64,000 nt of DNA from Anaeromyxobacter sp. (GCA_049840735.1 JASGJN010000007.1:210680-274679), one strand, 5' to 3'. Numbered from the stretch's first letter, positions 41,954-50,984 are shown. The notes: a model not told the origin generated them from the letters alone. A program made the numbers and translations.

Positions 41954-42136
41954 ATGCGTGATGACCAGCAGGGCCGCCCCGAAGTGCCGGCGCACGCCGA
42001 CCAGCGCCCGGCCTACGAGCCGCCGCGCATCGTGAAGCGGCGCTCGCTCACCCGCGTCACCGGCCAGGTGACCGGCACGACGCCGGGCGGAAACGGCACC
42101 ACCGCCACCGGCCAGGACCTCACCGGAGGCGGGTAA
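41954..42136 (+). CDS. Putative RiPP precursor peptide (lasso-type leader, Thr/Gly-rich core)
   Basis: YEPPRIVKRRSLTRVT matches the YxxPxLxxxGxLxxxT spacing; 60 aa; sits in a cluster with an RRE and a B2 peptidase. Confidence 0.82.
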   Translation: MRDDQQGRPEVPAHADQRPAYEPPRIVKRRSLTRVTGQVTGTTPGGNGTTATGQDLTGGG

Positions 42137-42140
42137 GCGC

Positions 42141-43298
42141 TTGCGCCTCGCTCCCCTGCTGGCGGGCGTGCTGGCCCTCGCCGCCTGCCGCAGCGGCTCC
42201 AGCGCACCGCCGCCATGCGGCGAGCTGGGTGAGGCGTGCTGCGCCACAGGCGAGGCCTGCGGCACGGACCTCCGCTGCGACGCCGGCATCTGCCAGCCGT
42301 GCGGCGCGAGCGGCCAGGCCTGCTGCACCACCGGCGCTGCTTGCGGCGCCAGCCTGAACTGCGTCGCGTCGAGCTGCGAGCCCTGCGGCACCCAGGGGCT
42401 GGCCTGCTGCACCACCGGCCTCGCCTGCGGCGCGGGCCTGGAGTGTGCCGAGTCCACCTGCCTGGACGTCTGCCGGCTGGACAAGCCGGGGATCACCTGG
42501 CTGGCGTTCACCCACGTGAGCGGCGGCAACTACGACGTCGATCTGGTGCACGACGACGGCACCTGCCGCGTCCCCGCGGTGGCCGGCGCGGCCACCGACA
42601 ACTTCCCCGCCTTCAGCCCGCCCGACCTGGGGCTGCTGGTCTTCTCCAGCACCCGCGGCGGCGCGCCTGGCCTCTACACCCGCGATCTCGCTGCGGGCAC
42701 GGAGCAGGGCGTCCCGGTGGTGGGCGTCACCGCCACGGCACCTCGCTACTCACCCGACGGCATCTGGATCGCCTTCGAGGGCAAGGCGACGAGCGCCACG
42801 CGCACCGACGTCTACCGGGTGCTGCGGGTCGGCGGACAACCGATGGCGCTCACCGGGGCGCCGGGCAACAGCGCCGGTCCGGTCTACTCGCCCGACGGCA
42901 GCACCGTCTACTTGGTCTCCAACCGCGCCGGCGCCTACCAGGTCTACGCCGTGGCCGCCGACGGAGGCACCGCCACGCTGGTCTCCGGGACCAGCGGCAT
43001 CCAGGGCCGGCCCGCGCTCTCGCCCGACGGCACCCAGCTCGCGTTCACCCGCATCAACGCCTCCAGCGTGGCCGAGGTGGCGGTGAAGGATCTGGTCGGC
43101 GGCGGCGTGCGGGTGGTCTCGGCGCAGGGCGACGCCGATCCCTGCTTCGACGCCACCGGCGCCCGCCTGGCCGTGAGCAGCTCGCGCGGTGGCGACCACG
43201 CCATCTGGATCCTCGACGCCAGCGACGGCGGCAACGCGGTGCGCGTCACCACGCCGTCGGCCGGCGAGATCGACGGCCAGCCGGCCTTCAGGCCCTAG
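42141..43298 (+). CDS. Lipoprotein with Cys-rich tandem repeats and TolB-like (PD40) propeller
   Basis: Lipobox LAAC; PAFSP, PRYSPDG..IAF, PVYSPDG, PALSPDG..LAF repeats. Confidence 0.85.
   Translation: MRLAPLLAGVLALAACRSGSSAPPPCGELGEACCATGEACGTDLRCDAGICQPCGASGQACCTTGAACGASLNCVASSCEPCGTQGLACCTTGLACGAGLECAESTCLDVCRLDKPGITWLAFTHVSGGNYDVDLVHDDGTCRVPAVAGAATDNFPAFSPPDLGLLVFSSTRGGAPGLYTRDLAAGTEQGVPVVGVTATAPRYSPDGIWIAFEGKATSATRTDVYRVLRVGGQPMALTGAPGNSAGPVYSPDGSTVYLVSNRAGAYQVYAVAADGGTATLVSGTSGIQGRPALSPDGTQLAFTRINASSVAEVAVKDLVGGGVRVVSAQGDADPCFDATGARLAVSSSRGGDHAIWILDASDGGNAVRVTTPSAGEIDGQPAFRP
42213..42464 (+). repeat. Three 28-aa (84-bp) Cys-rich tandem repeats
   Basis: PCGELGEACCATGEACGTDLRCDAGICQ / PCGASGQACCTTGAACGASLNCVASSCE / PCGTQGLACCTTGLACGAGLECAESTCL. 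Confidence 0.85.
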
Positions 43299-43306
43299 GT
43301 CACCCC

Positions 43307-44363
43307 ATGTCGTGCAAATCGGGTCGTCTTCCACGTCACCGACCGCTGCCACCTGGACTGCGTCCACTGCCTGCGCGATCCGGCGAAGAAGCCGCTCGAC
43401 GTCCCGCCCGAGCTGGTCGCGAAGGTCACGCGGCGGGCGCACCAGCTCTACGGCACGTCGCACGTCGGCCTGACCGGCGGCGAGCCGGTGCTGCACCCCG
43501 GCCTGGCCGGGATCCTGGACGCGATCGTGGCCGAGGGGTGCACCTGGCACGTGGTCACGAGCGGCGGTCACTTCGAGCGGCTCACCGCGCTCCTCGACCA
43601 GGATCCGCGCCGCCGCGAGGCGCTCACGGCCATCAACTTCAGCCTCGACGGACCGCGCGAGGAGGTGCACGACGCCATCCGCGGCCCGGGCGCCTTCCGG
43701 GCGGTCATGGCCGCCATGGCCCGCTGTCAGGCCGCCCACATCCCGTTCTCGGTCCAGACCGCGCTGAACGCGCTCAACGCCGACACGCTGGAGGAGCTGG
43801 GCATGGCGGTGGCGCACCTGGGCGCGAGCCAGCTGATGGTCGCCATGACCCAGCCGACGGGCACGCCTCGCGACCAGGCCCTGGCCCTGCCGCGCGGCGC
43901 CTGGGCCGGCGTCCGCGACAGGGCCGTCCGGCTGGCGGACACGCTCCGCATGCCCGTGGTGCTGTCCGAGGGCTTCCCGGAGACCACCCGGCTCCACGTC
44001 TGTGGCCCCTGGCGCCTCGAGACCCTCCACGTCGATCCGCACGGCCGGCTCTCGATGTGCTGCCAGCTCTCGGGCACGCCGGGCGAGGACGTGGACGTGG
44101 TGGCCGACCTGGCCGAGTGCGACCTGGCGGTGGCGGTGGAGCGGCTGCTGGGCCTGGTCCAGGCGCAGCAGCGCCGGCGCCTGGCCGAGATCACCGCCGG
44201 CCCAGGGGACGCCTGGGACGCCTTCCCCTGCAACACCTGCCTGCGCAGCCTTGGCAAGCCGCACTGGACCGACGCCGGCGCGGGCGGCCCGCAGGCCCGG
44301 CGCGAGCGGTTCGGCGTGGAGGTGCGCTGGCCGCTGCCGTCGCCCACGCCCGGCAAGCGCTGA
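43307..44363 (+). CDS. Radical SAM enzyme with SPASM/twitch-like C-terminus (5' indel near 43317)
   Basis: In frame upstream of track ORF 43488: VVFHVTDRCHLDCVHCLR (CX3CX2C), LTGGEP, FSLDG...HDAIRG.G.F. C-terminal CGPW...DPHG..MCC...CNTC. Confidence 0.88.
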
Positions 44364-44468
44364 AGGGTCCGCGGCGTGTGGCGCGAGCGGGCGCCGAGCG
44401 TTGCGGCGACACGCACCGCGAGTGATGATGCCGGAGCCGCGCCCGCCGCGCTGACCTGATCGCCTCGC

Positions 44469-45374
44469 TCAGGCCGGGACCGGCCGGGCCTGGGCGCCCG
44501 GCGCGTGCCGGCGCAGGAACGCGGTCACCCTCGGCTGGACCAGCGCGCGGTGGGTGAAGATCGAGACGTGGTCGCCGCCCTCGACCTCCACCAGCTCGGC
44601 CCCGGGGATCCGCCCGGCCAGCTGCCGGGCGTGGCCGAAGTCCACCACGCTGTCCGCCGTGCCGTGCACCACCAGCGTGGGCGCGGTGATCCGCTCCAGC
44701 GCGTAGGTGGTGCTGCGGGTGACCGCGATGTCGTTCTCCGTCCCATCCAGCCGCTGGGCCACCCGGTCCAGCGTGGAGTCGAGCAGGGCGCGGAGGAGCG
44801 GCCCCGCCTCCGGATCGCCCAGCGTGCGCGCCCGCAGGGCCGGGTCGGGGATGGAGCGCGAGGCGGCGCGATCGGGGTCCTGCGCGGCCTTGCGGCGCAT
44901 CAGCTCGGTGAACCAGGCCCAGCGCATGAGCCGCTTGGTGAGCTGGAAGGAGAGCGGGATGCGGTTGTCCATGATCCCGGCGCAGGTGGAGACCAGCACC
45001 AGCCCCCAGCAGCGCGAGGGGTGGCGGATGGCCAGCTCCAGCGCCGCCGGGCCGCCGCCGGAGACGGCCATCACGGCGGCCTGCTCGACGCCCAGCGCGT
45101 CGAGCCCGGCCACCAGCAGGTCGGCCTGCGCGGCCGGCGAGCGCGCCGCGCCGAGCGGCGTGCCCAGGTAGCCGGGGCGCGAGGCGGCCAGGTAGCGGTA
45201 GCCGGCCTCGCCGACGGTCCGGGCCAGCAGGAAGGACTGATCGTGCCCGCCCATGGCGCCGTGCAGCGCCAGCACCGCCGGCCCCTGGCCGGAGGTGGAG
45301 AGCTCGAGCGGGCCGCGAGCGGTGGCGAGCAGGGTGGGGGCGGAGGCGGGGGAGGGCGGGGTCAGGTCGGTCAT
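44469..45374 (-). CDS. Alpha/beta fold hydrolase
   Basis: LHGAMGG, SRPGY, AVSGGG nucleophile, VHGTAD, GGDH. Confidence 0.88.
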   Translation of the reverse strand: MTDLTPPSPASAPTLLATARGPLELSTSGQGPAVLALHGAMGGHDQSFLLARTVGEAGYRYLAASRPGYLGTPLGAARSPAAQADLLVAGLDALGVEQAAVMAVSGGGPAALELAIRHPSRCWGLVLVSTCAGIMDNRIPLSFQLTKRLMRWAWFTELMRRKAAQDPDRAASRSIPDPALRARTLGDPEAGPLLRALLDSTLDRVAQRLDGTENDIAVTRSTTYALERITAPTLVVHGTADSVVDFGHARQLAGRIPGAELVEVEGGDHVSIFTHRALVQPRVTAFLRRHAPGAQARPVPA

Positions 45375-45459
45375 GGGCGTGCGTCCTCGGTGGCTGGGCG
45401 GCTCTGTACCGGTCGGCCGCGCCGGCGTCTTGCACAAACGCGACAGCGCGTCTCCGGCG

Positions 45460-46263
45460 TCAGCGCCCCGGGGTCCGGTACCGGTGCACCACGGCGGCGT
45501 CCGGCGCATCGCCCAGCCGCCGCGGACGGATCCCGGCGCGATCGCCGGGCGAGCGGCCGGTGAGCGCCTTGAAGTCGCGGATCAGGTGCGGCTGGTCGGC
45601 GTAGCCGCAGGCGTGGGCCAGGGCGGCCAGCGTGCCGAAGCCGCCGGCCTCCAGCCGGAGCAGCACGTGCCTGAGCCGCGCCAGCCGCGCCAGCCGCTTG
45701 GGCGACATGCCCAGCTCCCCGCGGCAGAGCCGCTCCAGGCTGCGCACGTGCATCCCCAGCGCACCGGCCAGGTCCTCCACCCGGAGCTGCCCGGCCCGCG
45801 CCTCCACCAGCGCCGCGGCGCGGCGGGCGCGCGCCGAGCGGACCAGCGGCGGCGCCCGCAGGAGCAGCTGCTCGAGGAGCCGCTGCCGCGCCGCCGGATC
45901 AGCCTGCCGCGCCAGCGCCTCGGCCAGGTCGTCCACCTGCAGCCCGCCCAGCCGCGTCAGCTCCAGGTGCGCGTCGGTCAGCTCGGCGGGGAGGACGTCG
46001 GCCAGGGCCGGCGCCTGCCCGGCCCGGAAGCGGAGCCCCAGGTACTCGGCGGCGCCGTCGCGCTCCACCGCCGCCAGCGCGGTGACCGGGCCCAGGAGCA
46101 CCAGCCGCGCCCCGGCGCTGGAGAGGCGCAGGATCAGGTGCGCCGCCGGATCGGGGAAGAACTCGTGGAAGGCGCGCCCGCCGTCGCCCGGCTCGCCCCG
46201 CAGCGACCAGAAGGCCTCCACCCGCGAGGTGAGCTCCTCCGCTGGCGGCCGGACGAGGAACAT
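45460..46263 (-). CDS. AraC family transcriptional regulator
   Basis: R.LER..R.ELGMSPK..AR..R; LA..CGYADQPHL.RDFK..G..P. Confidence 0.9.
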   Translation of the reverse strand: MFLVRPPAEELTSRVEAFWSLRGEPGDGGRAFHEFFPDPAAHLILRLSSAGARLVLLGPVTALAAVERDGAAEYLGLRFRAGQAPALADVLPAELTDAHLELTRLGGLQVDDLAEALARQADPAARQRLLEQLLLRAPPLVRSARARRAAALVEARAGQLRVEDLAGALGMHVRSLERLCRGELGMSPKRLARLARLRHVLLRLEAGGFGTLAALAHACGYADQPHLIRDFKALTGRSPGDRAGIRPRRLGDAPDAAVVHRYRTPGR

Positions 46264-46314
46264 GGCCCGTTCCTACACCATCGGGGCCCGGCCGTGAACG
46301 ACGGCGTGGCGCAG

Positions 46315-47158
46315 TCACCGCGCCAGGCCAGGCTGCCAGGCCTCGCGCGCCGCCTCGGGCCAGGCCGGCGCGACGGCGCGGGCGGCCTGCCGCGGCGCCT
46401 CGCGGTACGCCACCGCCGCGGCGAACCCCCGCAGCAGACGCCACCGGCCGGTGAGCGCCCCCGCCCGCAGCGGCGCGCAGCAGGCGGCGCGGAACGGCCT
46501 CCACTCCCCGTCGCCGGGCTCGAGCCAGGGGCCGTCCGGATCGAGCGGCGCAGTCGAGCGGCAGGCAGGAGAGGAGGTGGGGCCCGGCGGCCACGCCCAG
46601 CCCCAGCGCCTTGAGCACGGCCTGGCGCGCGGCGGTCACCAGCGCCGCCCGCGCCGGGCGCTCGGCCCTGGCCGCGTCCTCCACGAACCGTCGCTCCTCC
46701 TCCGAGAGCGGCGGGCTGGCCGAGCCGCGAGGATCGACGCGGACCAGGTCGATGCCCAGCCCTGGAGCGGCCGTCGGTGCGGCGGCGGTGAGGGAGGCCG
46801 CACACAGCGCGTGGCCCGCGTCGTGGCCGAGCGAGAGCGCCACCGGCAGCCGCTGGCCGGCGCGGCGGCCGCCCACCCCGTCCGCCTCCTCGGCCAGCCG
46901 CGCCTCGGGCCGGCCGCTGGCGTCGGGGAGCACCTCCACGACCTCCAGCGGCCAGGGCTGCCCGTCGTCGGCTTCGAGCAGCCTGGCCACGAGCGACTTC
47001 GCGGCGAGCCGTCCCAGCAGCCACGCCTCGCGCCGCGCCGGCACCCGGAGCCCGGCCAGGAACGACCGCTCCGCGCCGCTGAGCGACGCCTCGGGGTGGC
47101 AGCGCGCCGGCGTCAGCGCCAGCCAGCTCCGCTCCAGCGCCCAGTGGATGGGGCTCAT
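46315..47158 (-). CDS. 4'-phosphopantetheinyl transferase-like protein (degenerate motifs; frameshift ~46550)
   Basis: LS..ER......RR..WL.GR.AAK, G.P, SLGH, GID, AVLKALG.G. Confidence 0.7.
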
Positions 47159-47510
47159 GGTCTCCACGCGCGCGAGAGATACGCCCGGCGGCGCGAAAGC
47201 CCATGATGCGCGTCAGCTTCGGCCCGTTCCCTTGGGGCGCGACCCGTACCAGGGGTGCAGATGACGCGGTGCGTGGCCACGCGCGGGGCGCGCTCGCGGC
47301 ACCGCTCACCGGGCGGGCGGGCGGCGCGCTCCGGGCGGCGACGTGCCTGGCAATCGGGCCGTGGCCGGATCGTGACCTCGCGCCGACGCACCAGCGGTGT
47401 CACCCGGGTGCGAGTCACCCAGGGTCTCCCTGCGCCGGGCGTTGGGGCAGGATTGGTGGGCTTTTGCGCGGTGCCGCTCTTGCAGAGGTGCGCCCGGACG
47501 AGAGGCCACC

Positions 47511-47768
47511 GTGCGAACCACCGAAGCCGTCGACATCATCGCGCGTGTGCTGAGCCCGCACATCGGGGAGACGGCGGCGCGAGCGGCCACCGTCGCGCAC
47601 TGCCGCAAGCTCGGCGTGGACGAGCGCTTCGTGAAGACCGCGCAGCTCGAGCAGCTGCTGGACCGGCTGCGCAACGGCCTCAACGTCTTCGTCGGCAAGG
47701 AGTGCTCCCTGGTGGCGATCACCGAGGCGCGGCGCGCGCTCGAGATCAACGAGGAGGCGGTCCGATGA
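47511..47768 (+). CDS. Small hypothetical helical protein
   Basis: GAGG RBS then GTG; ATGA-coupled to the next gene. Confidence 0.65.
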   Translation: MRTTEAVDIIARVLSPHIGETAARAATVAHCRKLGVDERFVKTAQLEQLLDRLRNGLNVFVGKECSLVAITEARRALEINEEAVR

Positions 47769-48601
47769 AGGCCGAGGCTTCCGCCAGGAGCGCGCTCGCG
47801 GTCGCGGTCATCGCCACCCTCGTCAGCCTGGGCGCGGCGCGCCTGGAGGCCGGCTCGCCGGACGAGAGCTCGCGGCTCGCCGTGGCGGTGCTGCTGCTCT
47901 GCACGCTGGTCAAGGTCGGGCTGCTGGGGCTGGCGGCCACCTGGATCTGGTCCGGCCGCCGCAGGCTGGGGTCCGGCCACCCGGCGGCGCCGGCCTGGAC
48001 GCTGCTGGCGCTGGGCTGGAGCTTCCTCGCCGCCGGCCACGCCACGCTGGGCTTCGAGCAGATCGTCATCGATCCGAACTGGTTCCCGTCCCTCTCCGAC
48101 CTGCTCTTCCTCCCCGGTCAGGCGCTGCTGGCGGCCGCGCTGTTCCGGTTCGGCGCCGTCTACCGGGCCTCCGACCTCTTCCCGGACGAGGGCGCCGCGC
48201 GCGCCCGGGCGGTGGTGTGGGCCGTGGCCCTGGGGGTCGGGGGCGTGCTGATCGTCACCGACCTGCGCCTCGACGCGCCCGGGATCGAGCGCGCCGCCGA
48301 CGTGGCCTACGCGGTGATGGACCTGGCCATCCTGATCCCGCTGGCGCTGCTGGCCCGGCAGGCCCGCACGCTGGGCGGCCGCGTGGGCCGGGCCTGGGCG
48401 CTGCTGCTGGTGGGGGCGGCGCTCTTCGGCGCGGCCGACGTGACCCTCGGCTACCTGATCGCCTTCGACGCCTACCCGTCCAACCTGGTCGCGCAGTTCG
48501 CGTTCCTGCTGTCCTACGGGTGCATCGCGGCGGGCAGCCGGCTGCAGCTGGCGCTGGTCGACGGCGAGGCGCGCCAGCTCGCCGAGGCGCAGGCGGCCTA
48601 A
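47765..48601 (+). CDS. Multi-pass membrane protein resembling a stand-alone membrane sensor domain
   Basis: About 8 TMs; AW.LL..G; FPSLSDLLFL; AY..MDL..L; W.LL..G.....AD. Confidence 0.7.
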   Translation: MKAEASARSALAVAVIATLVSLGAARLEAGSPDESSRLAVAVLLLCTLVKVGLLGLAATWIWSGRRRLGSGHPAAPAWTLLALGWSFLAAGHATLGFEQIVIDPNWFPSLSDLLFLPGQALLAAALFRFGAVYRASDLFPDEGAARARAVVWAVALGVGGVLIVTDLRLDAPGIERAADVAYAVMDLAILIPLALLARQARTLGGRVGRAWALLLVGAALFGAADVTLGYLIAFDAYPSNLVAQFAFLLSYGCIAAGSRLQLALVDGEARQLAEAQAA

Positions 48602-49092
48602 CCGGGCGGGCGGTCCGGGCCGTCCGCCAGCGCCGCCAGCGCCGGCCCGTCCACGCGGCAGGTGAGCCACTCCCGGTGGAGCCGGGCCCCGAGCGCCTCG
48701 TAGAACGCGATGCTGGGCGCGTTCCAGTCCAGCACCTGCCACACGAACCGCCCGCAGCCACGCGCCAGCGCGGTCCGCGCCAGGTGGCGCATGAAGGCCT
48801 TGCCCACGCCGCGGCCGCGCGCCCCGGGGCGGACGAAGAGGTCCTCCAGGTGGAGCGTGGGCTGGCCCCGCCAGGTGGAGTAGGTGAGGAACCAGAAGGC
48901 GAACCCCACCGGCTCGCCGTCCCACTCCGCCAGCGTGACCTCGAAGAGCGGGCGCGGGCCGAAGCCGTCGCGGCGCAGCGCCTCCTCGGTGGCGGTCACC
49001 GCGTCCGGCTCGCGCTCGTAGGCGGCCAGCTCGCGGATGAAGGCCAGGATGAGCGGGACGTCCTCGGCGGCTGCGGGGCGCAGGGTCAGCAT
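48598..49092 (-). CDS. GNAT N-acetyltransferase (SSAT/diamine acetyltransferase-like)
   Basis: IRELAAYE, YSTWRG..LHLEDLFV.P..RG.GVG, WQVLDWN..I.FY..LGA. Confidence 0.9.
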   Translation of the reverse strand: MLTLRPAAAEDVPLILAFIRELAAYEREPDAVTATEEALRRDGFGPRPLFEVTLAEWDGEPVGFAFWFLTYSTWRGQPTLHLEDLFVRPGARGRGVGKAFMRHLARTALARGCGRFVWQVLDWNAPSIAFYEALGARLHREWLTCRVDGPALAALADGPDRPPG

Positions 49093-49161
49093 GGCCCGGT
49101 GGTATAGCAGGGGCGCCGGGGACGCGCCCTGGTCCGCCGGAGGGGATTGCTTCACGTGCGC

Positions 49162-50025
49162 TCAGGCCGCCCGCTGCGCGGCCCGCATCTCCGCGGTCCG
49201 CCGCCGCTCGGCCCGCGCGATGAGCAGGCTGGCCAGCGTGACGCTGACGGTGACCACCAGGATGATGAGCGTGGCGGCGGCGTTGATGTCCGGCCGCTGG
49301 CCCAGCCGCGCGCGGGAGAAGATCACCAGCGGCAGGGTGGTGGCGCCCGGGCCGGAGAGGAACTGCGAGAGCACCACGTCGTCGAGCGAGAGCGTGAAGG
49401 TGAGCAGCCAGGCCGAGCCCAGCGCCTGCGCGATGAGCGGCAGGGTGACCAGCCCGAACACCTGCAGCGGCCGGGCGCCCAGGTCTGCGGCGGCCTCCTC
49501 CAGCGCCGGGTTGAGCCCCTGCAGCCGCGCCTGGATCACCACGGTGGCGTAGGCCATGCCCAGCAGCACGTGGCCCACCCAGATGGTGACCAGGCCGCGC
49601 TCGGGGAAGCCGAACCAGCGCTGCACCGAGACCAGCAAGAGGAGCAGCGAGAGCCCCAGGATCACCTCGGGCATGACCAGCGGGGCGGTCACCATGCCGG
49701 AGAAGGCGCTGCGGCCCCGGAAGCGGGGGTAGCGGACCAGCGCCAGCGCGGCCAGCGTGCCCAGCACCACCGAGGCGGTGGCGGCGTAGACCGCCAGCTC
49801 CAGCGAGAGCCAGAGCCCGGAGAGGAGCGCCTCGTCCTCCACCAGCGCCCGGTACCAGCGCAGCGAGGCGCCGCCCCACACCGAGGCCAGCGCCGAGCCG
49901 TTGAAGGAGTTGAAGACCAGCGCCACCATGGGCAGGTACAGGAACAGGAACCCGGCCACGAGCCAGGCCCGGCCGAAGAGGCGGTGGGCGCCCGGGCCGA
50001 GGCGGGGCGGGCGCGGGGGGCTCAC
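49162..50025 (-). CDS. potI: Putrescine ABC transporter permease
   Basis: FLYLP....SFN, PLVMPEVILG, LEEAAADLGA, FTLSLDD, TTLP. Confidence 0.88.
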   Translation of the reverse strand: MSPPRPPRLGPGAHRLFGRAWLVAGFLFLYLPMVALVFNSFNGSALASVWGGASLRWYRALVEDEALLSGLWLSLELAVYAATASVVLGTLAALALVRYPRFRGRSAFSGMVTAPLVMPEVILGLSLLLLLVSVQRWFGFPERGLVTIWVGHVLLGMAYATVVIQARLQGLNPALEEAAADLGARPLQVFGLVTLPLIAQALGSAWLLTFTLSLDDVVLSQFLSGPGATTLPLVIFSRARLGQRPDINAAATLIILVVTVSVTLASLLIARAERRRTAEMRAAQRAA

Positions 50026-50984
50026 GCCTTCACCTCGCGCACCTCGGCCTGCGAGCGGTTGAAGATCCCCACCGGCACCACCACCAGCAGGATCACCACC
50101 GCTGCCACGCTGGAGGCCATGGGCCAGTCCATGTTGGCGAAGTACTCGTCCCAGAGCACGCGCCCGATCAGCATGGTGTCCGGCCCGCCCAGCAGCTCGG
50201 GGATCACGTACTCGCCGATGCAGGGGATGAAGACCAGCATCGACCCGGCGATGATGCCGGCCCGGGAGAGCGGCACGGTCACCTTCCAGAAGGCCACCCA
50301 GGGCGTGGCGCCCAGGTTGGCGGCCGCCTCCAGCAGCCGCTGGTCGAGCTTGGCCAGCGTGCCGTAGAGCGGCAGGATCATGAAGGGCAGGTAGGTGTAG
50401 GTCATGCCCAGCGCCAGCGAGAAGGGCGTGTTCATGAGCCGCCCCTCCTCGGCGATGAGCCCCAGCGCCACCAGCACGCGGTCGAGGTGCAGGCCCAGGA
50501 TCACCCTGGCGACCCAGCCGCCCTCGAGCAGCAGCCCCTTCCACGCGTAGACGCGGAGCAGGAAGGAGGTCCAGAACGGCAGCATCACCAGCATGAGCAG
50601 CGCCGGCTGCCGGCCGGGGCGGGCCCGCGCCATGAAGTAGGCGAAGGGGTAGCCGATCACCAGGCAGGCCAGGGTGGTCGCCGCCGCGTACTTGATGCTG
50701 TCGATGTACGCGATCACGTAGAGCTGGTCCTGCGTGATCGCGAAGTACTGGCCCAGGTCGAGCGCGACGTTGACCACGCCGTCCTGGTAGGTGACCAGGC
50801 TGCGGTAGGAGATCTCGTCCACCTGGCTGACGCTGATCTTCAGGATGATGGCGAAGGGCAGCAGGAAGAAGAGCAGCAGCCAGGTGAAGGGGACGCCGAT
50901 GAGCAGCCGCCGCCCGTAGCGGCGGAGCAGCGAGTGGCCGACCACCCGGTCCACCAGCGACGGCCTGCGGGCGCTCGCGCTCAC
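50022..50984 (-). CDS. potH: Putrescine ABC transporter permease
   Basis: LPFWTSFLLRVYAW, YLPFMILPLY, EAA..LGA, FIPCIGEYVIPELLGG, DWP.AS. Confidence 0.9.
   Translation of the reverse strand: MSASARRPSLVDRVVGHSLLRRYGRRLLIGVPFTWLLLFFLLPFAIILKISVSQVDEISYRSLVTYQDGVVNVALDLGQYFAITQDQLYVIAYIDSIKYAAATTLACLVIGYPFAYFMARARPGRQPALLMLVMLPFWTSFLLRVYAWKGLLLEGGWVARVILGLHLDRVLVALGLIAEEGRLMNTPFSLALGMTYTYLPFMILPLYGTLAKLDQRLLEAAANLGATPWVAFWKVTVPLSRAGIIAGSMLVFIPCIGEYVIPELLGGPDTMLIGRVLWDEYFANMDWPMASSVAAVVILLVVVPVGIFNRSQAEVREVKA

Noticed and set aside
36560..44363. Canonical lasso peptide cluster
   Set aside because: No asparagine-synthetase-like cyclase is present in the window, and the core has no Asp/Glu at positions 7-9.
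36992..44363. PQQ biosynthesis (PqqD plus PqqE-like rSAM)
   Set aside because: No pqqB or pqqC, and the peptide lacks the PqqA ExxxY motif.
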